Assembly (NCBI GenBank): GCA_031414955.1
Contig: JANOQV010000102.1
Coordinates: 1-64,000 of the forward strand
Length of the DNA stretch: 64,000 bases
Reading direction: 5' to 3'
Source: Pedosphaera sp.
GTDB taxonomy: Bacteria > Verrucomicrobiota > Verrucomicrobiia > Limisphaerales > SIBH01
Each line of letters starts with the position of its first letter. Positions within the stretch are counted from its first letter, which is position 1. The notes under the pieces were generated by a model. It searched no databases. It saw only the letters and a list, made by a program, of their open reading frames with translations, and was not told where the DNA came from. Positions 1-8,113 of this stretch are shown in pieces. Both the position numbers and the translations under genes were made by a program.

Positions 1-1350
1 TCGTTCGCCGCGCGCATTTACCTTGGACACGCGCCGCAGGGCATCGTCGTGTCGGCGGATGGGCGGCGCGGTTACGTGGCGAACTATCTTTCGCGCGACG
101 TGCAGGTGCTCGACTTGAGTAATCCGCGAATGCCCGTGGTGCTGGCAACCGTGCCCACCACGACTGAGCCGCTCCCGCCTGCCGTCGCCAACGGCAAGCG
201 CCTGTTCTATCGCAGCCGCGAGCCGCGTCATTCGTTCGCGAATTACATCGCGTGCGCTTCGTGCCATGCGGATGGCAGCGGACACGACGGACGTTCGTGG
301 GATTTCACAAATCGCGGCGAGGGTGTGCGGAACACGACCGACTTGCGCGGGCGCGGTGGAATGGCGCACGGGCCGGTGCATTGGACTGGCAACTTCGACG
401 AGATTCAGGATTTCGAGAACGACATCGTGCGCTTCTTCGGCGGCACAGGTCTGGCGCAAGACGGCCAGCCGCCCAATCCGCCTTTGGGCACATCGAACGC
501 CGGACGCAGCGCAGACCTCGACGACCTTGCGGCCTACGTGGCGTCGTTGAGCGAGGCGGCACGATCTCCGTTTCGACAGACAGACGGCACGCTCACGGAG
601 TCGGCACGGCGCGGAAAAGTTTTGTTCCTCAGCCCGGCGTTGCAGTGCGCGTCCTGTCATGTCCCGCCGCGCTTCACGGACAGCGTGGTCACGACCAACC
701 CGGTAAATTTCGTGCGGCATGATGTGGGCACACTCACGCCCGCGAGCGGCAGTCGTCTGGGTGGCCCACTTGACGGCTTGGATGCGCCGAGCCTGCTGGG
801 TCTGTGGGACTCCGTGCCGTATCTGCACGACGGCAGCGCCGCGACGTTGCTTGATGTATTGACCACCAAGAACGTCGCAGACCAGCACGGCGTCACGTCG
901 ATGCTTTCGACAAATCAACTCACCGACCTCATCGCCTATTTGCTTTCGCTCGATGGTTCGCTGGTGGATGCAGCGACCGACAACGACGCTGACGGCATGT
1001 CAGACCAGTGGGAACAGTTGCACGGGTTGAACCCAGCTTCGTCCGCTGATGCCACGACCGATCTCGATGGTGACGGCGCGAGCAACCGGGATGAGTTCCT
1101 CGCTGGCACTGACCCGACGAACCCTTGGTCGCGGCTTGCCATCCATGAAGTGCGCCGCGAGGGCAACGCGCTTTCCCTCTTCTTCCCGACAGTGAAAGGC
1201 AAAAGCTACTTCGGCGAATACACGGACACATTGCCCGCCGCAAATTGGCACCCGCTGGGCAGTGTTCCGGGCGGCGGCGCGGAGCAAGTCATCACCGAGA
1301 CGAACACAATTTTGATGCAACACTTTTTCCGAATCCGAGTCTTGCCATAG
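1..1350 (+). CDS. 5'-truncated secreted di-haem cytochrome c (peroxidase/MauG-like) protein with the end of a YVTN-type propeller, DxDxDG Ca-binding repeats and a C-terminal beta domain
   Basis: Frame is open from base 1. Two CxxCH motifs (CASCH twice), PYLHDGSA, DNDADGMSD and DLDGDG repeats; ends HFFRIRVLP-TAG. Confidence 0.75.
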   Translation, partial: SFAARIYLGHAPQGIVVSADGRRGYVANYLSRDVQVLDLSNPRMPVVLATVPTTTEPLPPAVANGKRLFYRSREPRHSFANYIACASCHADGSGHDGRSWDFTNRGEGVRNTTDLRGRGGMAHGPVHWTGNFDEIQDFENDIVRFFGGTGLAQDGQPPNPPLGTSNAGRSADLDDLAAYVASLSEAARSPFRQTDGTLTESARRGKVLFLSPALQCASCHVPPRFTDSVVTTNPVNFVRHDVGTLTPASGSRLGGPLDGLDAPSLLGLWDSVPYLHDGSAATLLDVLTTKNVADQHGVTSMLSTNQLTDLIAYLLSLDGSLVDAATDNDADGMSDQWEQLHGLNPASSADATTDLDGDGASNRDEFLAGTDPTNPWSRLAIHEVRREGNALSLFFPTVKGKSYFGEYTDTLPAANWHPLGSVPGGGAEQVITETNTILMQHFFRIRVLP

Positions 1351-1360
1351 TCAACACCCC

Positions 1361-1550
1361 AGCGCGCACGACTCCAACAATCTCCTCGCCTTCATCGTGG
1401 GCGGCGGGCTGAAACACCAAGGCCACCTCGCCTTTGACCGCAGAGACAACCAGACGCTCTCGAAACCCTACCTCCGCGTGCTCCCGCCAAACCGGCATCA
1501 AGGACGGCACCTTCGGCAGCAGCACGGGCGTGCTGGGGGAATTCGGATGA
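1361..1550 (+). pseudogene. C-terminal remnant of a DUF1552-family gene
   Basis: Hand translation gives SAHDSNNLLAFIVGGGLKHQGHLAFDRRDNQTLSKPYLRVL, then after a +1 shift near 1484 RQTGIKDGTFGSSTGVLGEFG*. This resembles DUF1552 C-termini. No start or N-terminal part is present. Confidence 0.6.
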
Positions 1551-1604
1551 CATGTTGAAGAATCAATTCATGATTCGCCCGAAATAAGGCAACCTCTGCA
1601 ACGA

Positions 1605-4600
1605 ATGCACGAACTGATTAACCAACTCCGAACGGCGAGGCTTGAGGCTTACGCGAGGTTCAAAGCTGACATCCGAGAGCATCATGGCATCGAGCAAACG
1701 GTGCTGGCGGGAGGCTATGGCTACCGGCAGGTGCTTGAGTTGGTTCAGAATGGAGCAGATGCGATTTTGGAAGCGCACGAAGATCGCCTGCCGCTAGCGA
1801 ATGGGTGCCGCATTCACGTCATTCTCCGGGACTCCAAACTTTATGTGGCGAATACCGGCGCTCCGTTGAGTGAAGAAGGCATCGAGGCGTTGCTCATGTC
1901 GCATTCGTCGCCGAAACGCGGAAATCAAATCGGGAGATTCGGCTTGGGTTTCAAGTCGCTGCTCCGACTAGGCGGGAAGATTGACCTGTTCACGAAGAAA
2001 TCGGGAGGCATCCGTTTCGACCCTGAGAGTTGCCGGCGGGAATTGATGGAGACGTTCAATGTGTCGGAAGCGCCCGGTCTTCGCTTGGCTTGGCCGTTGG
2101 TAGAAGCCGACCGAAAAGGTGACGAAGTTCTTCGCGCGTTGTCTTGGGCCGAGACGATTGTTCGGGCCGAAGTCCACGCGACGGACTTGTTGGAGCATTT
2201 GCGTCAGGAGATTCGGGCATTCCCTTCCGAGTTCGTTTTGTTCCAGCCCGTGCCGGTCGTCTTGCAACTCAACGACGGTGCGGAACCGGAACGTGAGTTG
2301 CGAGTCGAGGAGGACGGCGACGAACGCGTGCTGGTGGCGGGCGGCGAGAGGTCGCGCTGGCGCGTTGTAAAGCGTGATGTGCCCATCACGGACCCACGGG
2401 CAATCAGTGACGCGACTCATATCCACGCCCGCGATTCAGTGCCGTTGGCTTGGGCGGTTCCCTTTGAAGGAAAGCGCGAGGAGTCTGGACTGTTCTGGTT
2501 TGCCTTCCCAACGCACACGCCGACGTATCTGCCCGGCATCCTGAACGCGCCGTGGAAACTGAACAGCGACCGCAACGCCATCATCGGCGGCGAGTGGAAC
2601 ACGGCGCTGATGCGTGAAGCGGCGCGGCTCATCGCGGACACGTTGCCGAAACTCGCCACCCACGACGACCCCGGCCGCGTCTTGGATGCGTTCCCTCGGC
2701 AGATGGAACGGGCGGATGAAATTGCAGCGCCACTCGTGCAGTCACTCTGGAAGGTTCTCGAAGAAGCCGCCGTGGTTCCCGATGCGTCGGGCGTGCTCCG
2801 GCCTGCTCGTGAATTGTGGCGGCATCCTCGGGACAGCGCGGAACTCGCCCGGCTGTGGCAAGCCCTTGCTGATTTTGAATCGCTCGCGTTGGTGGTGCAT
2901 CCTTCCTGTCTGGAGCGGCAGCGCAACAGCCGCTTGAATGTCTTGGCAGAACGACTGAAGCCGGCAACGGGAGAGCCGCAGTGCCCGAATCTTCGCAAGC
3001 GCGATGCCGCTTCGTGGTTTGCAAACGTGGCTTCCGTCGAAGCGTCGAAGGCCGGTGAAGCCCTCAAACTGGCGGAGGCATACGAGAGGGATTGCAAGCC
3101 GCAGGAATGGAATCCAGTTCGCCCGCTCCTTGCCATCATCCCATCGCACGACGGCCAACTGCTGACTACTGGAAGGGTGGTCTTCGCTCCAACGGGCGTG
3201 ACTGTTCCGGACAGGTCGGCGGTGGCTGAGGCGCTGTGCGACGATGCCGAGGCGAAGCGCATCCTCACGGACGTGATGAAGGTGAAGCCGCTCGACGAGA
3301 GCGTGTGGGGCGACGTGCTTCGCCAATCACTCAACGGAATCCCAAATTATCCAGAGGAAGCGCGCGACGCCGGGTGGCGTGCGTTTTGGGCCAAGCTGCG
3401 CGCCGCTCCCGATACTGTCCGCCAGCGTTTCATCGCCGAGTGCAAACGCCAGATTCGTGTGCGACGCCGCGACGGAGTTTGGGTCTTGGCTGATGCGGTT
3501 CTTCTGCCCGGCGCTTTGGTGTCCGCCGACGATACCTCTACGAACGGAGACGTGCTCGTTGATGCCGAAATGCACAACGAGGATGGAGAATCGCTGACGA
3601 CACTCGGCGTGAGCGAGTTCCCGGAAGGAATCTCCGGGCCGGGAAGGTATGAAGATGTCACCCAGGGACACGGCGGATTGGGCGAGTGGTTGAGCCGGTG
3701 GAGAACTCACTATCAGAACAACGTGAACGCCGCTGCGATGTGGGGCTATCTCAAGCCGGTCGGATTGACTCTGCCCAAATGCTGGTTGTTCGCGCCGATG
3801 CTCACGGGCAAACCGAACGCGAAGATTACTGAGCGTCTGCTCGACGCGATTGGACGCGGTCAGTTCTTGGAGCCGTTGGATTTCAAGCACAGCACCGTCG
3901 CGAACTATCCCACGATTTCCGCTCCCCATCCGCTGCCGTGGTTTGTGCTCAAGCACGGCACGGTGCAGGTCGGCGATGATACCGTCCGCCTGGCGGCCAT
4001 CGTGGCAAAGCGGCAAGAACTTGCGCTGACAAAGATTCCCGACTGGCAAACGCTGCTGCCGACGCTGGAAAACCTGGACACCGTTGACGGTGCTACTCCG
4101 GCAACACCATCCGACTTCCGCAGCCTGTGGCTTGCTCTCATCAAGTGGCTGGCGACTCCCTCTGCCCTTGCGGACGATTCGTTGCAAGAACTATGGGCGG
4201 GCGCGGCGAAAGACGGAGTTTTTCCCGCTTCGCTTCGCGTGGAAGCCGGCGAAGTTCCGTTGTCGCAGATTTTCGTAACCGGCTCGCCAGATCTCGCCCA
4301 ACGCGCGCGAAGCAAAGTTTCCCTCGTCGTCACGCTGGATGACACTGCGCTGACGCTGTGGCTACGCAACGGCGCACGGAATCTCTCCGAACTTATCAAG
4401 GCTGCATGGGCGGAGGATGCCGGTCCCACCGACTTGCTCATTTCCGTCATTCCCGAACTGGGCGTAGTCTTGCGGAGTGAAACCGCGAACACGGCGCGTT
4501 GCCAGCCGGTTTCGGGGTTGATGCTGACAATCGCCGAAGCGACCGAATCCGTGCCATGTCTCATGTGGGAGAACGTCCTGCTGATGGATGCGGAACAACT

Positions 4601-6332
4601 CGCCCGACTGTCGCGTGCGGAACGGCTCAAGCAGCTGCTGGGCGAAGTCGCTGCCGCCGGGTGGTTGAAGTTTGAACCAGCGGAGGCTTTACGGCTTCTT
4701 GGCGATGCAAAGATGGATGAGCGGCGGGCGGACGTTGCCCGTGGCGCTTCGCTGGCCGAGCGGTTGTTGCGCGCAGTTGGGGGAAGAGACGAGCCGCTGC
4801 GCAAGGCGCTCGGCGACTTGGCGGGCAAAGAGTTCATCCAGCAACTCACGCCGCTTCAACTCGCGGAGTTGACGCTCGCACAACTCGGTCCCGCTACACT
4901 GACGGCCCTCAAAGACACGCTCGCGGAGGAAGGCTTGAAACCACCGTCACGTTGGAACACCGCCGAAGCGCGAGTCTTCGTTGCCAGCATCGGTTTTCCC
5001 GACGAGTTCGCCACCTCACCTGAATCCCGTCGCGAAGCGGAAGAATTCATCAGCGGCCCCATCGATTTGCCTCTACTGCACGATTTTCAAGTGGAGGTGC
5101 GGGACGGCATTCGAGATTTGGTGGCTAGTTGCACCACGAGGCGACGCGCGGTGGTGAGCCTGCCCACCGGCGGCGGCAAGACGCGCGTGACTGTGGAAGC
5201 CACAGTGCTGCTCGTCCTCAAGCCGGAAGGTGAAAGACGCAGCGTCGTCTGGGTCGCGCAGACCGATGAACTTTGCGAGCAGGCCGTGCAGGCGTTCCGG
5301 CAAGTGTGGGTCAATCTCGGCGCGCAGAGGACGGACCTGCGCATCGTTCGCTTGTGGGGTGGAAATCCCAGCCCGCCCATTCAAGAGCCGGACAAGCCCA
5401 TCGTCGTTATCGCGTCCATCCAGACATTGAATAGCCGCATGGGCAGTGCGGCTCTGGAGTGGCTGCAAACCCCCGGCATCGTCGTGGTGGACGAGTGCCA
5501 CCACGCTATCACGCCCAGCTACACCAACCTTCTTCGCTGGCTGGACGCCGAAGCCCCGAGGCCGGGAGAGCCGGCAAAGGACGAGCCGCCTATCCTCGGC
5601 CTCAGCGCGACGCCGTTCCGCATGGACGATGAAGAAAGCCAGAGGCTCGCACGGCGATTCGACAATTGTTGGTTTCCCACGAAGCAAGAGGAGCTTCACG
5701 CCCGTCTGCGTTCTCAAGGCGTGCTGTCACACGTTGACCACGAGGCTTTGAAGTCGGAAGCCGAATTGATTGAAGCTGAATTGGCGCAACTCGGCGCGCT
5801 CACCAATTGGGAAGGGTTGGATTTCGAGAACATTCTCGAAGCCATCAATCAGCGTCTCGCCGTGGATGAGAAGCGGAACCAGCTTCTCGTCGAGCGCATC
5901 CAACAAGCTGGCGAAGGCTCCATTCTGTTCTTCGCCAACTCAGTAAGACACGCCGGAGAAATGGCCGCGCGATTGCACTTCGCGGGTATTCCCGCCGCCG
6001 CAGTGAGTGGCACCACGCCCACGTCGGCTCGACGCTACTTCCTCGACCGTTTCCAGCGCGGAGAGATTCGCGTGCTTTGCAACCATAGCGTCCTCACCAC
6101 GGGATTCGACGCGCCCAAGACCGACATGGTTCTCATCGCTCGGCAGGTGTTTAGCCCCGTGCGCTACATGCAGATGGTCGGACGCGGACTGCGCGGCCCG
6201 GCAAACGGTGGCACCGAGCGATGCCGGATTGTGACAGTGCTCGATAATCTGCGTCAGTTCGAGGGCAAGCACCCCTACCACTTCTGCGAGAAGTATTTTT
6301 CGGAGAACACAACAGAATCGTTCGAGCCATGA
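1605..6332 (+). CDS. Sacsin-like GHKL ATPase fused to a C-terminal SF2 DExH helicase (1575 aa)
   Basis: N-terminal ELVQNGADA, VANTG and IGRFGLGFKS GHKL motifs. C-terminal SLPTGGGKT, VDECHH, GLSATP, TTGFDAP and QMVGRGLR helicase motifs. Confidence 0.85.
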   Translation: MHELINQLRTARLEAYARFKADIREHHGIEQTVLAGGYGYRQVLELVQNGADAILEAHEDRLPLANGCRIHVILRDSKLYVANTGAPLSEEGIEALLMSHSSPKRGNQIGRFGLGFKSLLRLGGKIDLFTKKSGGIRFDPESCRRELMETFNVSEAPGLRLAWPLVEADRKGDEVLRALSWAETIVRAEVHATDLLEHLRQEIRAFPSEFVLFQPVPVVLQLNDGAEPERELRVEEDGDERVLVAGGERSRWRVVKRDVPITDPRAISDATHIHARDSVPLAWAVPFEGKREESGLFWFAFPTHTPTYLPGILNAPWKLNSDRNAIIGGEWNTALMREAARLIADTLPKLATHDDPGRVLDAFPRQMERADEIAAPLVQSLWKVLEEAAVVPDASGVLRPARELWRHPRDSAELARLWQALADFESLALVVHPSCLERQRNSRLNVLAERLKPATGEPQCPNLRKRDAASWFANVASVEASKAGEALKLAEAYERDCKPQEWNPVRPLLAIIPSHDGQLLTTGRVVFAPTGVTVPDRSAVAEALCDDAEAKRILTDVMKVKPLDESVWGDVLRQSLNGIPNYPEEARDAGWRAFWAKLRAAPDTVRQRFIAECKRQIRVRRRDGVWVLADAVLLPGALVSADDTSTNGDVLVDAEMHNEDGESLTTLGVSEFPEGISGPGRYEDVTQGHGGLGEWLSRWRTHYQNNVNAAAMWGYLKPVGLTLPKCWLFAPMLTGKPNAKITERLLDAIGRGQFLEPLDFKHSTVANYPTISAPHPLPWFVLKHGTVQVGDDTVRLAAIVAKRQELALTKIPDWQTLLPTLENLDTVDGATPATPSDFRSLWLALIKWLATPSALADDSLQELWAGAAKDGVFPASLRVEAGEVPLSQIFVTGSPDLAQRARSKVSLVVTLDDTALTLWLRNGARNLSELIKAAWAEDAGPTDLLISVIPELGVVLRSETANTARCQPVSGLMLTIAEATESVPCLMWENVLLMDAEQLARLSRAERLKQLLGEVAAAGWLKFEPAEALRLLGDAKMDERRADVARGASLAERLLRAVGGRDEPLRKALGDLAGKEFIQQLTPLQLAELTLAQLGPATLTALKDTLAEEGLKPPSRWNTAEARVFVASIGFPDEFATSPESRREAEEFISGPIDLPLLHDFQVEVRDGIRDLVASCTTRRRAVVSLPTGGGKTRVTVEATVLLVLKPEGERRSVVWVAQTDELCEQAVQAFRQVWVNLGAQRTDLRIVRLWGGNPSPPIQEPDKPIVVIASIQTLNSRMGSAALEWLQTPGIVVVDECHHAITPSYTNLLRWLDAEAPRPGEPAKDEPPILGLSATPFRMDDEESQRLARRFDNCWFPTKQEELHARLRSQGVLSHVDHEALKSEAELIEAELAQLGALTNWEGLDFENILEAINQRLAVDEKRNQLLVERIQQAGEGSILFFANSVRHAGEMAARLHFAGIPAAAVSGTTPTSARRYFLDRFQRGEIRVLCNHSVLTTGFDAPKTDMVLIARQVFSPVRYMQMVGRGLRGPANGGTERCRIVTVLDNLRQFEGKHPYHFCEKYFSENTTESFEP

Positions 6333-6495
6333 AACCCAAACGCCCAACCAAAACCAAAGCCATCCAGCCCGCGAAGCCCGGCTTCGACGGACTGCTGCGT
6401 GACCTGCGCGAGTTCATCCCCGAGAGCCGCAAGCAGGTCTTACGGGCGGTGGATGTGGTGCAGGCGCGGACGTGCTGGGACGTGGGGCGGCTTTA
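6329..6495 (+). pseudogene. N-terminal fragment of a DUF1016/YhcG-like protein
   Basis: ATGA overlap with the helicase stop. FDGLLRDLREFIPESRKQVLRAVDVVQARTCWDVGR resembles the DUF1016 N-terminus; similarity ends where the convergent gene ends. Confidence 0.6.
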
Positions 6496-7662
6496 CTACG
6501 GCAGCCATTCCGGGTCGGCGGTGAAGCTGCGGCGGGCGAGGCCAGGGCGCAGGGCGTCGGTGCCTTCGGCTTGGTCGAGAATCCAGCCGGTCTTCGCGCC
6601 TACGTCGGTCATGGCGCGTTCGAGCACGCGGGCGGCGTGGATCTTGTCGCCGCGCCCGGCTTTGATTTCCACGGCGACGCGCTGCGAGCCTCGTTCGATG
6701 ACGAGGTCAATTTCCGCGCCGTCCGCCGTGCGCCAGAAAAAGAATTGCGCGTGCGGATGCCTCACCTTCTCGCGGCGGATGATGTCCTCCAGCACGAAGG
6801 TCTCCCAGCTCGCGCCATGCACGGGATGATTCCGCACTTCGTCGAGCGTGCTGAGATTCAGCAGGTGATGCAGCAGGCCGGAGTCGCGCAGATAGACCTT
6901 GGGCGCTTTGACGAGCCGTTTGCCGACGTTGCGAAAATACGGCGGCAGTCGGCGGATGAGAAAGGTCTGCTCCAGGATGTCGAGATGCCGCGCGATGGTG
7001 TGATGCGACACGCCGAGCGACGCGCCGAACGACGAGGCGTTCAGCATCCCGCCCTGCGCGTGCGCGAGCATGGTGAGCAGGCGGCGCAGGAACAGCGGGT
7101 CGGCCTGCACGCCGAGCTGCGGCAGGTCGCGTTCGAGGTAAGTGCGGAGATAGGCTTCCCACCAGTCGCGGAAACTGCCGCGCAGCGCGTCGGGAAATCC
7201 GCCGCGCAGCCACACGTCGCTCCACTTCTTTTTCGGCGAGCCGGGCGCGACCTCGGCGACGGTGAGCGGGTCGAGTTCGAGGATGCCGACGCGGCCCGCG
7301 AGCGATTCGGAAACTTGCCGGATGAGCGTCGGCTGTGCGGAGCCGAGCAGGATGAAGCGCCCGCGCCGGGAGCGGTCGCGGTCAATGAGTCCGCGCAACG
7401 CCGCGAAGACTTCCGGGACGCACTGCACCTCATCGAGCACCAGCGCGCCGGTTTTGCCGGGCAGGCGGCTTTCGATTTGGAACAGCGGGTCGCTGGCGAA
7501 CAACTGCCGGGTGCCGGGCTGCTCCAGGTCGAGGTAGGGAGCCTTCGGAAAAGCCGCGCGGGCCAGCGTGGTCTTGCCCACCTGGCGCGGCCCGAGGATG
7601 AGCACGGCGGGAAATTGCCGGGCCAGCGCCGTGAGACGGGTGGTGTGAACGCGATTCCACAT
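6496..7662 (-). CDS. AAA_14 ATPase with DUF4143 domain
   Basis: GPRQVGKTT Walker A, LDEVQ Walker B, RGGFP, KAPKVYLRDSGL, and WRTADGAEIDLV..VEIK. Confidence 0.9.
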   Translation of the reverse strand: MWNRVHTTRLTALARQFPAVLILGPRQVGKTTLARAAFPKAPYLDLEQPGTRQLFASDPLFQIESRLPGKTGALVLDEVQCVPEVFAALRGLIDRDRSRRGRFILLGSAQPTLIRQVSESLAGRVGILELDPLTVAEVAPGSPKKKWSDVWLRGGFPDALRGSFRDWWEAYLRTYLERDLPQLGVQADPLFLRRLLTMLAHAQGGMLNASSFGASLGVSHHTIARHLDILEQTFLIRRLPPYFRNVGKRLVKAPKVYLRDSGLLHHLLNLSTLDEVRNHPVHGASWETFVLEDIIRREKVRHPHAQFFFWRTADGAEIDLVIERGSQRVAVEIKAGRGDKIHAARVLERAMTDVGAKTGWILDQAEGTDALRPGLARRSFTADPEWLP

Positions 7663-8113
7663 ACCCCGCAGATTAGAAGCGGCACTTCCGAAATCAAGGC
7701 CATACCTTTTCGCGGCCAGGCCAGCCCAGCTTCATTTCGCACGGCGGGCCTGATTTTATCTTCAACGAACAAGGGGACTTCATCCTCGCGCGTCTCACTC
7801 CGGCCAGGAACGTGCTAGTGCCAATCTCCTGTGATATGAACGGCTCCGAAAGCATCGCGCACGCACGGACGTTTATCGGCCCTTCCTCAACGTCACCGGT
7901 TCGCGCAAAATAATCCGTACGGTTCTCTGGCCCGCCGACAATTAGGGTAAAGCAATCATGGGAAACTTGGAAAACATCGCGCCGGTGTTGACAGAGCAGT
8001 CGGAGGCTGTGGCCGGCCGGCAAACGAGACCTTTCGTTTTCCACGCGCGTCCCCACTTCCGACAGGTCCGCCGTTGAATTGAACACTGAAACCGTCCACT
8101 CCCCATTCCAGAT

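Noticed and set aside
6472..7818. 448-aa plus-strand ORF, and similar long antisense ORFs (9344-10693, 12313-13707, 16593-18032, 30025-32298)
   Set aside because: These are shadow frames opposite well-supported genes in high-GC DNA and carry no recognisable motifs.
7663..8113. Possible small gene or remnant between the AAA ATPase and the FG-GAP gene
   Set aside because: Several short overlapping ORFs exist but none has a recognisable motif or convincing start.
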